64,000 nt of DNA from an uncultured Candidatus Saccharibacteria bacterium (GTDB taxonomy: Bacteria > Patescibacteriota > Minisyncoccia > Phycocordibacterales > JAKAEA01). The translations under genes were made by a program, and so were the position numbers. Positions 8,816 to 18,857 of this stretch are shown in pieces; positions within the stretch are counted from its first letter, which is position 1, and each line of letters begins with the position of its first letter. The stretch is taken from contig CAZFND010000002.1 of assembly GCA_964520645.1 (NCBI GenBank), forward strand, positions 9,424 through 73,423, given 5' to 3'. The notes under the pieces are model-generated. The model saw nothing but the letters and a program-made list of their open reading frames with translations. It was not told the origin of the DNA and did not search any database.

Positions 8816-8886
8816 CGTTCTTGCATTTTTTTCTAGATTTGATAAAACGTAAACATTAAAAATAATTAGCTTTGGTTTAACGTTAT

Positions 8887-9105
8887 ATGGCAGGACAATA
8901 TTTTGATGATATAGATTTAAAAGAAGAAACTGATATTGATTTTTTTAGTAAAAAAAGTCCAGATGATGAAGATGACACTGAGGAAGAAATCGATGAAGAA
9001 GAAGATGATGAAATAGATGAAGAAGCAGACCAATTTAGTGATGATGACGAGGAAGAGGATGAATTCGCTGGTATGCACGAAGTAGACGAAGAAGAAATGG
9101 TATAA
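8887..9105 (+). CDS. Small, extremely acidic hypothetical protein
   Basis: 72 aa, about 39 D/E by hand count; followed by a terminator hairpin. Confidence 0.7.
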   Translation: MAGQYFDDIDLKEETDIDFFSKKSPDDEDDTEEEIDEEEDDEIDEEADQFSDDDEEEDEFAGMHEVDEEEMV

Positions 9106-9113
9106 CTCTCAAC

Positions 9114-9141
9114 AAAACATCCGCCCTAGGGCGGATGTTTT
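9114..9141. terminator. Bidirectional terminator between the acidic ORF and tyrS
   Basis: AAAACATCCGCCC-TA-GGGCGGATGTTTT. Confidence 0.85.
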
Positions 9142-10335
9142 CTATTCAACTATTATTTTAATAAATCTTCTCTTCCCTATCTTATACACCCCTGACTGAG
9201 TGACGGTTGTCTCTGGTCCGGATATTTTTTCTCCTGTCTCTACGATAGTAATCGCACCCTCTTTCTCAAGACGTCTGAACTCTGATTTTGATTCTATAAT
9301 TCCCTCTTGGAGCAAGATTGCGGCAAGCATCGTGTTACGTGGCACAGTTACTTCCTTTGTGTCTTCTGGGATTCCACCCTTTTTAAATGTGTTAACAAAA
9401 TCTTCTTCTGCTTTCTGTGCTTTGTCGTGTCCGTGATAGATCGTGACAATTTCTCGAGCGAGTCGCATCTTTGCATCTTTAGGATTTGAGCCAGATTCCA
9501 ATTCTGTTTTAATTTTTTCTATATCAAATAGAGAGAGGTCCGTGCAAAGCGTAAAGTATTTAATAATAAGATCATCACGCACTGACATTACTTTGCCGTA
9601 CATATCACTAGGTTCATCAGTAATGTTGATAACATTTCCCCAACTTGTGGACATCTTTCTTCCATCAGTACCCTCGAGCATCTCGGTGGTAATAATGTCT
9701 TGTTCTACCTGACCATAGTGCTTTTGAATAATTCTTCCTGCTTTAAGGTTGAATAATTGATCAAACCCTCCGATTTCTATATCAGCTTTTACCATTACTG
9801 AGTCATAGCCTTGCATAAGTGGATACAAAAACTCTCGGAGCGATACTTCTTCCCCTTTATCAAAACGATCTTTGAAATTGCGGCGGTTGGACATTTGCTG
9901 TACTGAGAACGCTTCTGCCAATTCTGAAATCTCTCGCAATGTTAATTTTGAAAGCCACGTACTATTGTAGACAAATTCTGCTTTATCGACATCAATAATT
10001 TTTCCAATAATATTTTTGTATTCTTTAAGATTTTCTTGGACCTGCGCTTCGGTAAGCATTGGACGCTTATTCAATTTGTCAGATGCATCCCCCACTTGCG
10101 CAGTGAAGTCTCCAACAATCATTACCACCTTATGGCCCAAATCTTGAAATGCTCGCAACTTGCGAAGTGTAATAGCGCGCCCAATATGAATAGTCTTACC
10201 AGTAGGATCAATACCCAACTTAACTCTAAGTGGAACTCCTGCAGCGAGGCGTTTTTCTAAAGACTCTTTTACAAAGACATCTTCTACTCCTCGTGTAAGA
10301 AGCTCATGAATATCTTGTCGTATACTAGGTGTCAT
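9142..10335 (-). CDS. tyrS: Tyrosine--tRNA ligase
   Basis: GIDPT..HIG (HIGH-like), YPLMQGYD, KMSTS, C-terminal S4 domain ending GKRRF. Confidence 0.97.
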   Translation of the reverse strand: MTPSIRQDIHELLTRGVEDVFVKESLEKRLAAGVPLRVKLGIDPTGKTIHIGRAITLRKLRAFQDLGHKVVMIVGDFTAQVGDASDKLNKRPMLTEAQVQENLKEYKNIIGKIIDVDKAEFVYNSTWLSKLTLREISELAEAFSVQQMSNRRNFKDRFDKGEEVSLREFLYPLMQGYDSVMVKADIEIGGFDQLFNLKAGRIIQKHYGQVEQDIITTEMLEGTDGRKMSTSWGNVINITDEPSDMYGKVMSVRDDLIIKYFTLCTDLSLFDIEKIKTELESGSNPKDAKMRLAREIVTIYHGHDKAQKAEEDFVNTFKKGGIPEDTKEVTVPRNTMLAAILLQEGIIESKSEFRRLEKEGAITIVETGEKISGPETTVTQSGVYKIGKRRFIKIIVE

Positions 10336-10428
10336 TTCATAAAATTATCATATTTTGCTCGTATTGTCCTGCTTTTTATTGATAATCTCGTCTTATGATG
10401 ATACGATTGAAGACACAAACGTTACTCT

Positions 10429-12855
10429 ATGAGCATCAAATTTTGGAAGCAGTTTATTCTTATATTAACCGTATCGTTTTTAATTATTACGGGATGCGTT
10501 GCCCTCTGGGTGACAACGCTGCGTATTCCTGATTTAAGCTCATTTCAAGATAAAGCTCTCGAACAATCCACAAAGATATATGACAGAACAGGACAAATTG
10601 TCCTCTACAATGTGAACCAAAATGTACGCCGCCAAGTAGTACCTTTTGATCAAATTTCTCAAAATGTAAAAAATGCGACAATCGCTATTGAAGATGAGAA
10701 TTTTTATACTCATAAAGGTATTGAGATTACATCAATTATCCGAGCGATTGTCGCTGACTTAAAGACACTCGAATTTAGCCAAGGTGGATCTACTATCACT
10801 CAGCAAGTAATCAAGAATTCCCTACTAACAACTGACAAGAAAATTTCTCGAAAAATAAAGGAATGGGTACTTGCACTCAAACTTGAACGACAAATGAGTA
10901 AAGACGGTATTCTTAATCTTTACCTCAATAGCACATCGTATGGAGGAAGTTATTATGGTGTTGAAGAAGCAAGTCTTCATTTCTTAGGAAAGTCTTCTAA
11001 AGACTTAACTATTGCTGAGGCTGCATATATTGCAGCTCTCCCTCAAGCACCAAGCCTCTATTCTCCGTATGGAAATCATAAAAACCTCTTAGACGACCGC
11101 AAAAATCGCGTTCTCCTTAAGATGAAAGAGCTTAATTATATTACTGAAGCTCAATACAATGCTGCGCGGGCGGAAGTGGTAACATTCAAACCTCTTGATG
11201 ACCATAGTATAAAAGCTCCTCACTTTGTAATGTATGTAAAGGAATATCTTGTCCAAAAGTATGGAGAAGATGTAGTTAACAATGGAGAACTCAAGGTTAT
11301 TACATCCCTTGATTATGATCTTCAAAAACAAGCAGAAGAAATTACACTCAAGTATGCTCTTGAAAACAAGAAGAATTTTAATGCAGAAAATGCGGGAGTT
11401 GTTGCTATCGAACCATCTACTGGACAAATCCTTACAATGGTAGGTTCTCGTGATTATTTTGATACAAAAATTGATGGTAATTTCAACGTAACTCTTGCTC
11501 ACCGACAGCCAGGATCAGCATTCAAGCCTTTTGCCTATGCTACTGCATTTAATAAAGGGTACACTCCTGATACCGTACTCTTCGATGTGCCTACACAATT
11601 CTCCACAACCTGTGATGCACAAGGTAAGCCACTCAATCCAACAGCAGCGACAACAACCTGCTACAGTCCACAAAACTACGACTTAAAATTCCGTGGACCA
11701 ATGAGTCTTCGCAATGCACTTGATCAATCTATCAACATTCCAGCTATCAAAGTCCTCTATCTAGCAGGAATCAAAGATACACTCCAGACAGCAAAAGATA
11801 TGGGTATTACAAGCCTTGGTGATAGCAATCAGTATGGTCTTACACTTGTGCTTGGTGGAGGTGAAGTATCACCTCTTGAAATGACCAGTGCATATTCTGT
11901 TTTTGCAAACAATGGAATGCGCAATCCATATACTCCAATATTAAAAGTGACAGATAAAAATGGCAAAGTGCTCGAGGAATTCACCCCAAATCCAACACAA
12001 GCAATCCCAGAACAAACAGCACTTCTTATCAACGATGTACTTCATGATAATAATGCTCGACTCCCTCTTAATGGCGCTGGCGCTCCTACCGATTTTCCTG
12101 ATAAAGAAATAGCCTTGAAGACCGGTACAACAAATGATTACAAGGATGTGTGGATTGTTGGTTATACTCCCAAAATTGCAGTTGGTGCATGGGCTGGAAA
12201 TAACAACAATAGTCCAATGGTAAAAAAGACATCAGGAACTATCATCGCTCCTCTTTGGCGAGCATTTATGAATAAAGTATTAGAAAAGTATCCCGCAGAA
12301 ACCTTTAAGCGTCCTGATCCTATCGATCCTAATTTAAAACCAATTCTTCGTGGTGTATGGCAAGGAGATCAAGGAAGTGGAGTTCACTCTATTCTCTACT
12401 GGGTTGATAAAGATAATCCAAAGGGCCCTCCTCCAGCAAATCCTCAGCAAGATCCACAATTTACACTCTGGGAAACACCTATCCAAGCATGGGTAGTAAA
12501 TAATGGTGGAAATGTTCCTTCTCCAATAGAAAATGTATCAACACCTCCACAAACAACAATCATCTCCAATGATCCCAATCCTCATGTAACTATTACTAAT
12601 CCTATTCCAAACGGAGTATATTCACTTAATATTCCCATCATTGTTTCTATTCAGCACACAAATAAATTTCCTATCACAAAAGCCGAGTTGTATATAAATG
12701 GAAAACTTATATCTGTATCAGTAAAAGATCCATATAGTTTTACCTTTATCCCCCGAGAAATCCCCAGAATACGAGAATCAAATACTCTTAAAGTTGTTGT
12801 CTACGATAGTAATAATTCAAAAACAGAAAGCTCGGTAATATTTAGAGCTATCTAA
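10429..12855 (+). CDS. Class A penicillin-binding protein (PBP1A family) with C-terminal Ig-like domain
   Basis: Transglycosylase EDENF and GGSTITQQ; transpeptidase SAFK, SIN and KTGT; N-terminal TM. Confidence 0.94.
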   Translation: MSIKFWKQFILILTVSFLIITGCVALWVTTLRIPDLSSFQDKALEQSTKIYDRTGQIVLYNVNQNVRRQVVPFDQISQNVKNATIAIEDENFYTHKGIEITSIIRAIVADLKTLEFSQGGSTITQQVIKNSLLTTDKKISRKIKEWVLALKLERQMSKDGILNLYLNSTSYGGSYYGVEEASLHFLGKSSKDLTIAEAAYIAALPQAPSLYSPYGNHKNLLDDRKNRVLLKMKELNYITEAQYNAARAEVVTFKPLDDHSIKAPHFVMYVKEYLVQKYGEDVVNNGELKVITSLDYDLQKQAEEITLKYALENKKNFNAENAGVVAIEPSTGQILTMVGSRDYFDTKIDGNFNVTLAHRQPGSAFKPFAYATAFNKGYTPDTVLFDVPTQFSTTCDAQGKPLNPTAATTTCYSPQNYDLKFRGPMSLRNALDQSINIPAIKVLYLAGIKDTLQTAKDMGITSLGDSNQYGLTLVLGGGEVSPLEMTSAYSVFANNGMRNPYTPILKVTDKNGKVLEEFTPNPTQAIPEQTALLINDVLHDNNARLPLNGAGAPTDFPDKEIALKTGTTNDYKDVWIVGYTPKIAVGAWAGNNNNSPMVKKTSGTIIAPLWRAFMNKVLEKYPAETFKRPDPIDPNLKPILRGVWQGDQGSGVHSILYWVDKDNPKGPPPANPQQDPQFTLWETPIQAWVVNNGGNVPSPIENVSTPPQTTIISNDPNPHVTITNPIPNGVYSLNIPIIVSIQHTNKFPITKAELYINGKLISVSVKDPYSFTFIPREIPRIRESNTLKVVVYDSNNSKTESSVIFRAI

Positions 12856-13105
12856 TAGCGTGAGGCGCTTTCTTACCCAAAAGATCTTGTAACTCTTTTA
12901 AAATAAGATCTTTTTTCATAAAAATCTCATTCTTAATAAGTGGGTGTGTTTTGAGGTATATACTTCCCTCTTTTACATCTATATCTTTCTCAGATAATTC
13001 TATTGATGTAATTTTTAATATTGCATTAAGAACAGGTTTTTTGAGAGCACCTGGTGTGGCTAATATAAGTTTAAACTTTTCTAAATATGAACCAAGGTTA
13101 TTCAC
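12848..13105 (-). CDS. Small hypothetical protein, possibly DciA/DUF721-like
   Basis: 85 aa directly downstream of dnaN; position and the IYLKT..IKNEIFMKK..IL segment resemble DciA (inference). Confidence 0.55.
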   Translation of the reverse strand: MNNLGSYLEKFKLILATPGALKKPVLNAILKITSIELSEKDIDVKEGSIYLKTHPLIKNEIFMKKDLILKELQDLLGKKAPHAIR

Positions 13106-13108
13106 GTT

Positions 13109-14209
13109 TTATTTGTTTATAGGCATCACGAGATACATAAATGACTTATCATTCACTCCCCTCATAACCAATGGACGGGTGAGGCCATTAAACTCCAATG
13201 AGACGCTGTCAGACTCAATCGACTGTAAACAATCTATGATGTATTTGTAATTAAAGTTGATATCAATATCTTCTCCTTCATATACAGCCTCGAGAGCATT
13301 GGTATTTTCACCAACATCTGCATTTTTTGTCGCTAACTCAAAACTTTTTTCACTTGGGTGAGCTTTTATTGTGAGTTTATTAAACTTATCTGAGAAAATA
13401 GTAGCGATTTTGAACGCATTAGCTAAATCTTGCTTCAAAACAACAATATTGGTTTTGTAATCTTTTGGAATGATTTGTTTGTAATCCGGAAATACTCCAT
13501 CCACTATTCGAGATGTAAGATAAATACCATTGTAGGTAAATGAAATTTGGTTTTTTGTTAGAACAACATCAATATCCCCTTCTGCTGCATCTAAGATTCT
13601 TAGAATATCAGGAACATTTTTTACTGGAATAAGAAGAGAAGTGATATCTTTTGCTCCTTTAGACTTTACTCGCTTCTCTGCAAGACGGAATGAGTCTGTA
13701 GCAACAAAGAGTAGTCCTTCATCATCTGAGTAAATATAAATACTTGAAAGCTCTGGCTTCATACTTGATGTCGCCGAGCTATACCACACAGCTTTAATCC
13801 CCTTCACAAACTCTTTCGCATTGAGTTTAAATGATTTTTCATGTTCAAGAATTGGAATAGTTGGAAAATCTTCAAAGTTAATAGATTTAATAACTGTTGT
13901 ATTGGTGTCAGTAATAATTTTTAAATTATTATCCACAACTTCGAGCGTAATATTTTTTGAGCCAACTATATGAGACACGAAATTATTTACGATAGCTCCT
14001 GGAACGGCAATTCTGCCCTCCTGTTCAACTTTAACAGGTATAACGATCTCTATACCCAAATCAAGATTAGTCGCTCGAATTATGAGATCGTGGCCCTTCG
14101 CTTCAAATAAAATACAACTCAATACTGGTAGAGTAAGATTTTTGCCAGTAATTTTTTCTGCCTTACTTATTGCTTCTGCCAACCGTTCTTTCAGACATTC
14201 TATCTTCAT
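13109..14209 (-). CDS. dnaN: DNA polymerase III beta sliding clamp
   Basis: ATNLD, ATDSFRLA, FPDY, C-terminal YLVMP; follows dnaA. Confidence 0.98.
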   Translation of the reverse strand: MKIECLKERLAEAISKAEKITGKNLTLPVLSCILFEAKGHDLIIRATNLDLGIEIVIPVKVEQEGRIAVPGAIVNNFVSHIVGSKNITLEVVDNNLKIITDTNTTVIKSINFEDFPTIPILEHEKSFKLNAKEFVKGIKAVWYSSATSSMKPELSSIYIYSDDEGLLFVATDSFRLAEKRVKSKGAKDITSLLIPVKNVPDILRILDAAEGDIDVVLTKNQISFTYNGIYLTSRIVDGVFPDYKQIIPKDYKTNIVVLKQDLANAFKIATIFSDKFNKLTIKAHPSEKSFELATKNADVGENTNALEAVYEGEDIDINFNYKYIIDCLQSIESDSVSLEFNGLTRPLVMRGVNDKSFMYLVMPINK

Positions 14210-14459
14210 ATTCTTAATATATTATATATAAATACTATTACTACTATTATCACTGTGGATATGTGTATAACTTTATTATGTGGCTGTAAATATAACTTCT
14301 GTGACTAATATTTTTTAAGTATCTTGGGTATAAGTTTTTTTAAGTGTGGGTAGTTTTGTGAATAGTAATTTTTATCCCCATTTTGTTCTTTCTTTTCCCA
14401 CATGTTATATCCTCAGTATCCACATGTTTATCCCCAAACTTATCAACAGATTATTCACT
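14210..14459. other. Probable chromosomal replication origin (oriC)
   Basis: dnaA-dnaN spacer with DnaA boxes (TGTGTATAA 14262-14270; near-matches 14254, 14372, 14416, 14428, 14440). On the minus strand the boxes are followed by TAA-TAG-TAG-TAA-TAG trio-like repeats and an AT-rich tract. Confidence 0.8.
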
Positions 14460-15822
14460 ATAAGAACATCGACCTGATCTGCTTTATCTCCTGTGCAAGA
14501 AGATGATTGGTTTTCATTTCACTTTTAATCTTCTCACATGAGTGAATAACGGTAGTATGGTCTCGCCCACCCAGCTTCTGCCCTATTGAAGGATATGACA
14601 CATCGAATTCTTCTCGAAGAATATACATAATGAGTTGACGTGGCTTTACGATTTCCTTTCGGCGGGTTTTTTCGTATATACTTGCCTCGTCTATATTATA
14701 GAAATCAGCGATTGTTTTAATAACATCCTTTACTGAAACTGCCTTTTTAGGTTTTGAGTTGTTTTTTATAAGGTTCTTTATCTCCCCTACATTGAGTTCC
14801 TTACCTTTTATCTGAGATTGCATGATGACAGAGTTCAATACTCCTTCGAGTTCTCGAATATTTCCATCTATCGTTGAAGCAATATACTCAACGACATCAG
14901 GAGAAATGTCGAAATTTTGCATTTTTGCTTTAGCTCGCAATATTGCTGCACGTGATTCTTGATCAGGATGTGGAATATCTATGATCATTCCTGCTCCGAA
15001 GCGTGATTTGAGGCGCTCTTCTAGATGCGGAATGTAATTTGGGTGTTTATCAGATGAAAACACAATCTGCTTATTATCATCATAGAGATTGTTAAATAGA
15101 TGGAAGAGTTCTTCTTGAGTTTTCTCTTTACTTGATAGGAACTGAATATCATCCATGATTAATACATCGTACTTTCGGTACTTCTCCTTAAATGTATTCA
15201 TTTTGTTATTTTGGACTGAGTTTATGTAGTCGAGTGCAAAGCGTTCTGATGTAAGGTAGAAGATCTTACGTGATGTTGTTGTTTTGAGATTGTTTCCGAG
15301 AGCTTGAATAAGGTGTGTCTTTCCTCTTCCTGTGTCTCCATAGATGAAAAGAGGGTTGTACGTAATGCCTGGTTTCTTAATAACAGCTTGAGACGCAGCA
15401 TATGCAAGCTCGTTAAAAGGGCCAACTACAAAGGAATCAAAGGTGTAGCGAGGATTTAAGTTATCTTCTTTGTTGATATAGAAGTCATTAAGTGGAAGTT
15501 CGCTTGTTGGGTTGATGGGAAGTTGTTTGGTGTGTTCCTGAGGAGGTTTCTTACCTTCATCTTTAGAGACGATGTATTCAAGGCCACGGATGTCAGCCAT
15601 ATTTCGCAAACACTTGATGATGAACTTGTGGAATTTATTTGATAGCCAGTCTTTAACAAAAACATTTGGAACACTGAGATGTACTATCCCCTCATCTATC
15701 TTAGTGATGTAGGTGTTTTTAAACCACATGTTGAAATTTGCTTTCGAAACATTAAGCTCAATTTCAACAAGCGCATTCTCCCAAAGTTTTTTTGTATCAA
15801 TCATAAGTGGTTGGGGAAACAT
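14458..15822 (-). CDS. dnaA: Chromosomal replication initiator DnaA
   Basis: [42 protein letters not shown]; start may be the ATG at 15804. Confidence 0.99.
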   Translation of the reverse strand: MFPQPLMIDTKKLWENALVEIELNVSKANFNMWFKNTYITKIDEGIVHLSVPNVFVKDWLSNKFHKFIIKCLRNMADIRGLEYIVSKDEGKKPPQEHTKQLPINPTSELPLNDFYINKEDNLNPRYTFDSFVVGPFNELAYAASQAVIKKPGITYNPLFIYGDTGRGKTHLIQALGNNLKTTTSRKIFYLTSERFALDYINSVQNNKMNTFKEKYRKYDVLIMDDIQFLSSKEKTQEELFHLFNNLYDDNKQIVFSSDKHPNYIPHLEERLKSRFGAGMIIDIPHPDQESRAAILRAKAKMQNFDISPDVVEYIASTIDGNIRELEGVLNSVIMQSQIKGKELNVGEIKNLIKNNSKPKKAVSVKDVIKTIADFYNIDEASIYEKTRRKEIVKPRQLIMYILREEFDVSYPSIGQKLGGRDHTTVIHSCEKIKSEMKTNHLLAQEIKQIRSMFL

Positions 15823-15906
15823 TTTTAGTATGTTTATTATATATGCTATTTTTTTTTGTAAAACTTGTGGAGGTGGTAGAAGTATGTTAATAACATGTGT
15901 ACAACT

Positions 15907-15915
15907 GTGGATAAA
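15907..15915 (-). promoter_or_regulatory. DnaA box in the dnaA-rpmH intergenic region
   Basis: TGTGGATAA = perfect TTATCCACA on the minus strand. Confidence 0.75.
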
Positions 15916-15970
15916 TAAAAAAACACAGACAATTATTTACTTTTTAAGCTTTTTAGCATATACTCATCAC

Positions 15971-16105
15971 ATGTCTAGAACATACAATCCTAAAAAAGGA
16001 AAGCGAGTAAAAACTCATGGTTTCTTAGCTCGACAATCTACCCCTGGTGGAAAGAACACTATAAAGCGCCGACGCGCAAAGGGACGCAAGAAGCTTACTG
16101 TCTAA
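15971..16105 (+). CDS. rpmH: 50S ribosomal protein L34
   Basis: [21 protein letters not shown]...[12 protein letters not shown]; true start ATG 15971 within the longer listed ORF. Confidence 0.97.
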   Translation: MSRTYNPKKGKRVKTHGFLARQSTPGGKNTIKRRRAKGRKKLTV

Positions 16106-16115
16106 ACCCGGGTTT

Positions 16116-16454
16116 ATGTTACCGCGGATACGAAGAGTACCCAAAAAACTATTTCAACAGGTAGTAGAACATGGTAAAAGTTACCATTCTACCTATATTT
16201 CTCTGCGTATTATTAAAAATCCGGTGGAAGAACCGAGCAGATTTGCCTTTTCTATTCCCAAGAAGCTTGATAAACGGGCCACTCGACGCAATTACCTTCG
16301 ACGAAAAGGGCTCTCACTTCTTACTCCACATCTTTCTACCTTCCCCACTGGTTTTGTGGGTGTATTCTTTGCAAAGCCTGGGCTTAATACTATTTCTACC
16401 ATTGAATACGGCCAAGAAATAGCTTTTCTTATAGAAAAAGTTTCTCAACTATAA
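16116..16454 (+). CDS. rnpA: Ribonuclease P protein component
   Basis: RFAFSIPKK..KRATRRNYLRR RNR-like motif; rpmH-rnpA-yidC synteny. Confidence 0.9.
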   Translation: MLPRIRRVPKKLFQQVVEHGKSYHSTYISLRIIKNPVEEPSRFAFSIPKKLDKRATRRNYLRRKGLSLLTPHLSTFPTGFVGVFFAKPGLNTISTIEYGQEIAFLIEKVSQL

Positions 16455-16480
16455 AGGAATGTAGTATAGTAATTACCATT

Positions 16481-17194
16481 ATGACACACGGATTTTTTGC
16501 CACATTATTTTATATACCTATCTATAACGTTCTTATTTTTGTTATTAATTCTATTCCCGGCCATAGTGCAGGAATCGCTGTTATTGCTGTGACGGTTATT
16601 ATTCGTCTTGTGCTCTACCCCCTTTCTCGAAAATCTATCAAAACACAGCTTCAGATGCGTCAGATTGAGCCGGAAGTTCAAAAAATTAAGGAAAAGGTAA
16701 AAGATCGCCAAGAACAAGCTCGTCAGCTCATGCAGCTTTATAAAGATAAAGATGTAAATCCATTTGCAGGATTATTCCTTATCCTCATTCAGTTCCCTAT
16801 TCTTATTGGACTCTATCGAGTTTTTATTAGTGGTTTGCCAAAGATCGATGCAACACTCCTCTATTCATTCGTTCATATGCCAGCATCTGTAGGAATGACC
16901 TTTCTTGGCATCAATTTAATGCAGAAGAGTATTATTGTCGCTATTCTTACGGTTATCACTCAATTTATTCAGCTCAATCTTGCGCTTCCTTCTGTTAAAA
17001 AAGGAGACGATGCTTCATTTAAAGGTGATCTTGCGTATAGTATGAATATGCAGATGAAGTACATCTTCCCACTCATTATCTTCCCTATTGCTTATATTTC
17101 TGCCGTTATTGGTCTTTACCTTCTTACAAGTAATATCTTTATGATCTTCCAAGAACTCTACGTACGGAAGACACTTAAGAAGCACTATAAATAA
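16481..17194 (+). CDS. yidC: Membrane protein insertase YidC (short form)
   Basis: IRLVLYPL, LYK..VNPFAG, IQFPILIGLY; several TM segments. Confidence 0.93.
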   Translation: MTHGFFATLFYIPIYNVLIFVINSIPGHSAGIAVIAVTVIIRLVLYPLSRKSIKTQLQMRQIEPEVQKIKEKVKDRQEQARQLMQLYKDKDVNPFAGLFLILIQFPILIGLYRVFISGLPKIDATLLYSFVHMPASVGMTFLGINLMQKSIIVAILTVITQFIQLNLALPSVKKGDDASFKGDLAYSMNMQMKYIFPLIIFPIAYISAVIGLYLLTSNIFMIFQELYVRKTLKKHYK

Positions 17195-18436
17195 TTATCG
17201 AGTAGTTGTAGCTGTTGAAGTACTAAGTTTGTAGCTCCACAACGTTGAATCTTTTTTGTTGGTAAAAAGGAGATAATTTTCACTATCACTAAGTATTGGG
17301 TTTATTACATCTATACTCTGCTTGTATGCACCAGTAAGGCTTACAATAAGTTGTCCTAGTCCTGTTACGGCGTTTATTTTATAAATGTCATCAGTAAATG
17401 AGACTCTTCCCTGGTACCAGTTGTTAGGATATGTTCCTTCGGGAATAGATGTTGGAATTCCGCAGTAAATAATATTCTTTTCTTTTGTAGACCATACACA
17501 CTTTTCGCTCAAGGTGTTCACAAAAGCTCCCTGAGAAGATCCGGTTTTTATAGTATAGAAATAAAGTCGTGCTGTATCATTTGAATATGCAACTGTAGAG
17601 AGTGAGGGGTTTGCTAGTGTTGTAAGACCAGGAACTCCACCTAGTACTTTTTTAACTGTACCGCTCGTAGAAAGGAAATACATACTTCCTGGTACACCTG
17701 ATGCAGCCTTAGATGTAAGTGCAATTGTATTATCTGACGGCCATGAGGCAAGCCACTCTCCTACAGGAGAACTCCATATTTGAGAAGAAGCTCCCTTTGC
17801 AGAAATAAGTATCCCTCGCGCTCCCCCACTAGTAGTGGTTATATAAAACATCTGTGTCTTTTGAGGAGAAATAGCAAGATTATCAATATTTGTTGACATC
17901 AATGTGCCTTTCAATTCGTTTTTAATAGTTGTGTCTGGAGATGAGCTACTTGTTTTTACTAATTGTGCGTTTAATGTATTAATTACCTCATTATCTGACA
18001 CATATCGTAATACGGTGGTGCTTCCATTATTCATCCAGTATGATTCTTGAATTTTTGGAATTGTAGTATTTGAAATTTTTGTCATTACACCAGTCACTAG
18101 ATCTACATCAAAAATATGACTTGAAGCAAGATCTGCATAGCGTGCTTTAGTTGATGTTTTTGTTTCAAGAACGATACCGTTGCCTGCTGGTTCGGTAGAG
18201 AGATGCATAAGTGCATCTACGGGGATTCTTAGTGTTGTATCTCCACGTACTCCCCCATTATTTTGCCCTGTACCACCATTATTTGTAGCATTACCAGAAC
18301 TACCAAATGGTAAATCGGTATTTGCTTGGTCTAGTGGTGTCTTTGTTGTTGTCTTTTTAAAAAATAAAATATACACAGATACACCGACTGCTAGTACAAA
18401 GAATATGAGACTGATAATAAGTATTTTTTTGAGCAT
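17195..18436 (-). CDS. Membrane-anchored hypothetical protein (T4SS-like locus), likely beta-propeller
   Basis: Single N-terminal TM then a Ser/Thr-rich beta-strand-rich domain; last gene of the operon-like run. Confidence 0.7.
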   Translation of the reverse strand: MLKKILIISLIFFVLAVGVSVYILFFKKTTTKTPLDQANTDLPFGSSGNATNNGGTGQNNGGVRGDTTLRIPVDALMHLSTEPAGNGIVLETKTSTKARYADLASSHIFDVDLVTGVMTKISNTTIPKIQESYWMNNGSTTVLRYVSDNEVINTLNAQLVKTSSSSPDTTIKNELKGTLMSTNIDNLAISPQKTQMFYITTTSGGARGILISAKGASSQIWSSPVGEWLASWPSDNTIALTSKAASGVPGSMYFLSTSGTVKKVLGGVPGLTTLANPSLSTVAYSNDTARLYFYTIKTGSSQGAFVNTLSEKCVWSTKEKNIIYCGIPTSIPEGTYPNNWYQGRVSFTDDIYKINAVTGLGQLIVSLTGAYKQSIDVINPILSDSENYLLFTNKKDSTLWSYKLSTSTATTTR

Positions 18437-18440
18437 ATAT

Positions 18441-18857
18441 TTAGAGTTTGATATTGAGTAAGTCGGGTATTCTTGTTAAATCTGGATTAATTGTAGTTAA
18501 GAGTAGATATGAAATAGCGATAAGGAGCATTCCCCACAATGTACGCTGAATAATTGTCTTCCCCTCCAGTTTATTAGAGTATGCATCAGTAGACATATAA
18601 AGAAGCCCGCCATAAATAATAACAACAACAGCAAGTATTGATGTGATACCGATAGCAATAAAGAACATTGCTCGGATATATCCTGGCAAATCTGTAGGAA
18701 CAGGATTGCCCGTATTGTCTTTTATTGGTGCCAAAGGAACGTATGTTGTGTTATCTAATGCTGTTTGTGCCTGAGCAGTTCCAATAAGAATAGTATTAAA
18801 CAAGACTAAGCTGAGCAGTGCTACCATTCCCCATTTTTTTGAGATAGATGTCATCAT
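18441..18857 (-). CDS. CPR pilin-like protein (TrbC/VirB2-like)
   Basis: Signal peptide (AQA), two hydrophobic helices, IIYGGLLYM and SYLLLTTINPDL motifs. Confidence 0.7.
   Translation of the reverse strand: MMTSISKKWGMVALLSLVLFNTILIGTAQAQTALDNTTYVPLAPIKDNTGNPVPTDLPGYIRAMFFIAIGITSILAVVVIIYGGLLYMSTDAYSNKLEGKTIIQRTLWGMLLIAISYLLLTTINPDLTRIPDLLNIKL

Noticed and set aside
15713-15970. Long N-terminal extension of rpmH (130-aa ORF)
   Set aside because: It overlaps dnaA and its promoter region; L34 homology starts at ATG 15971.
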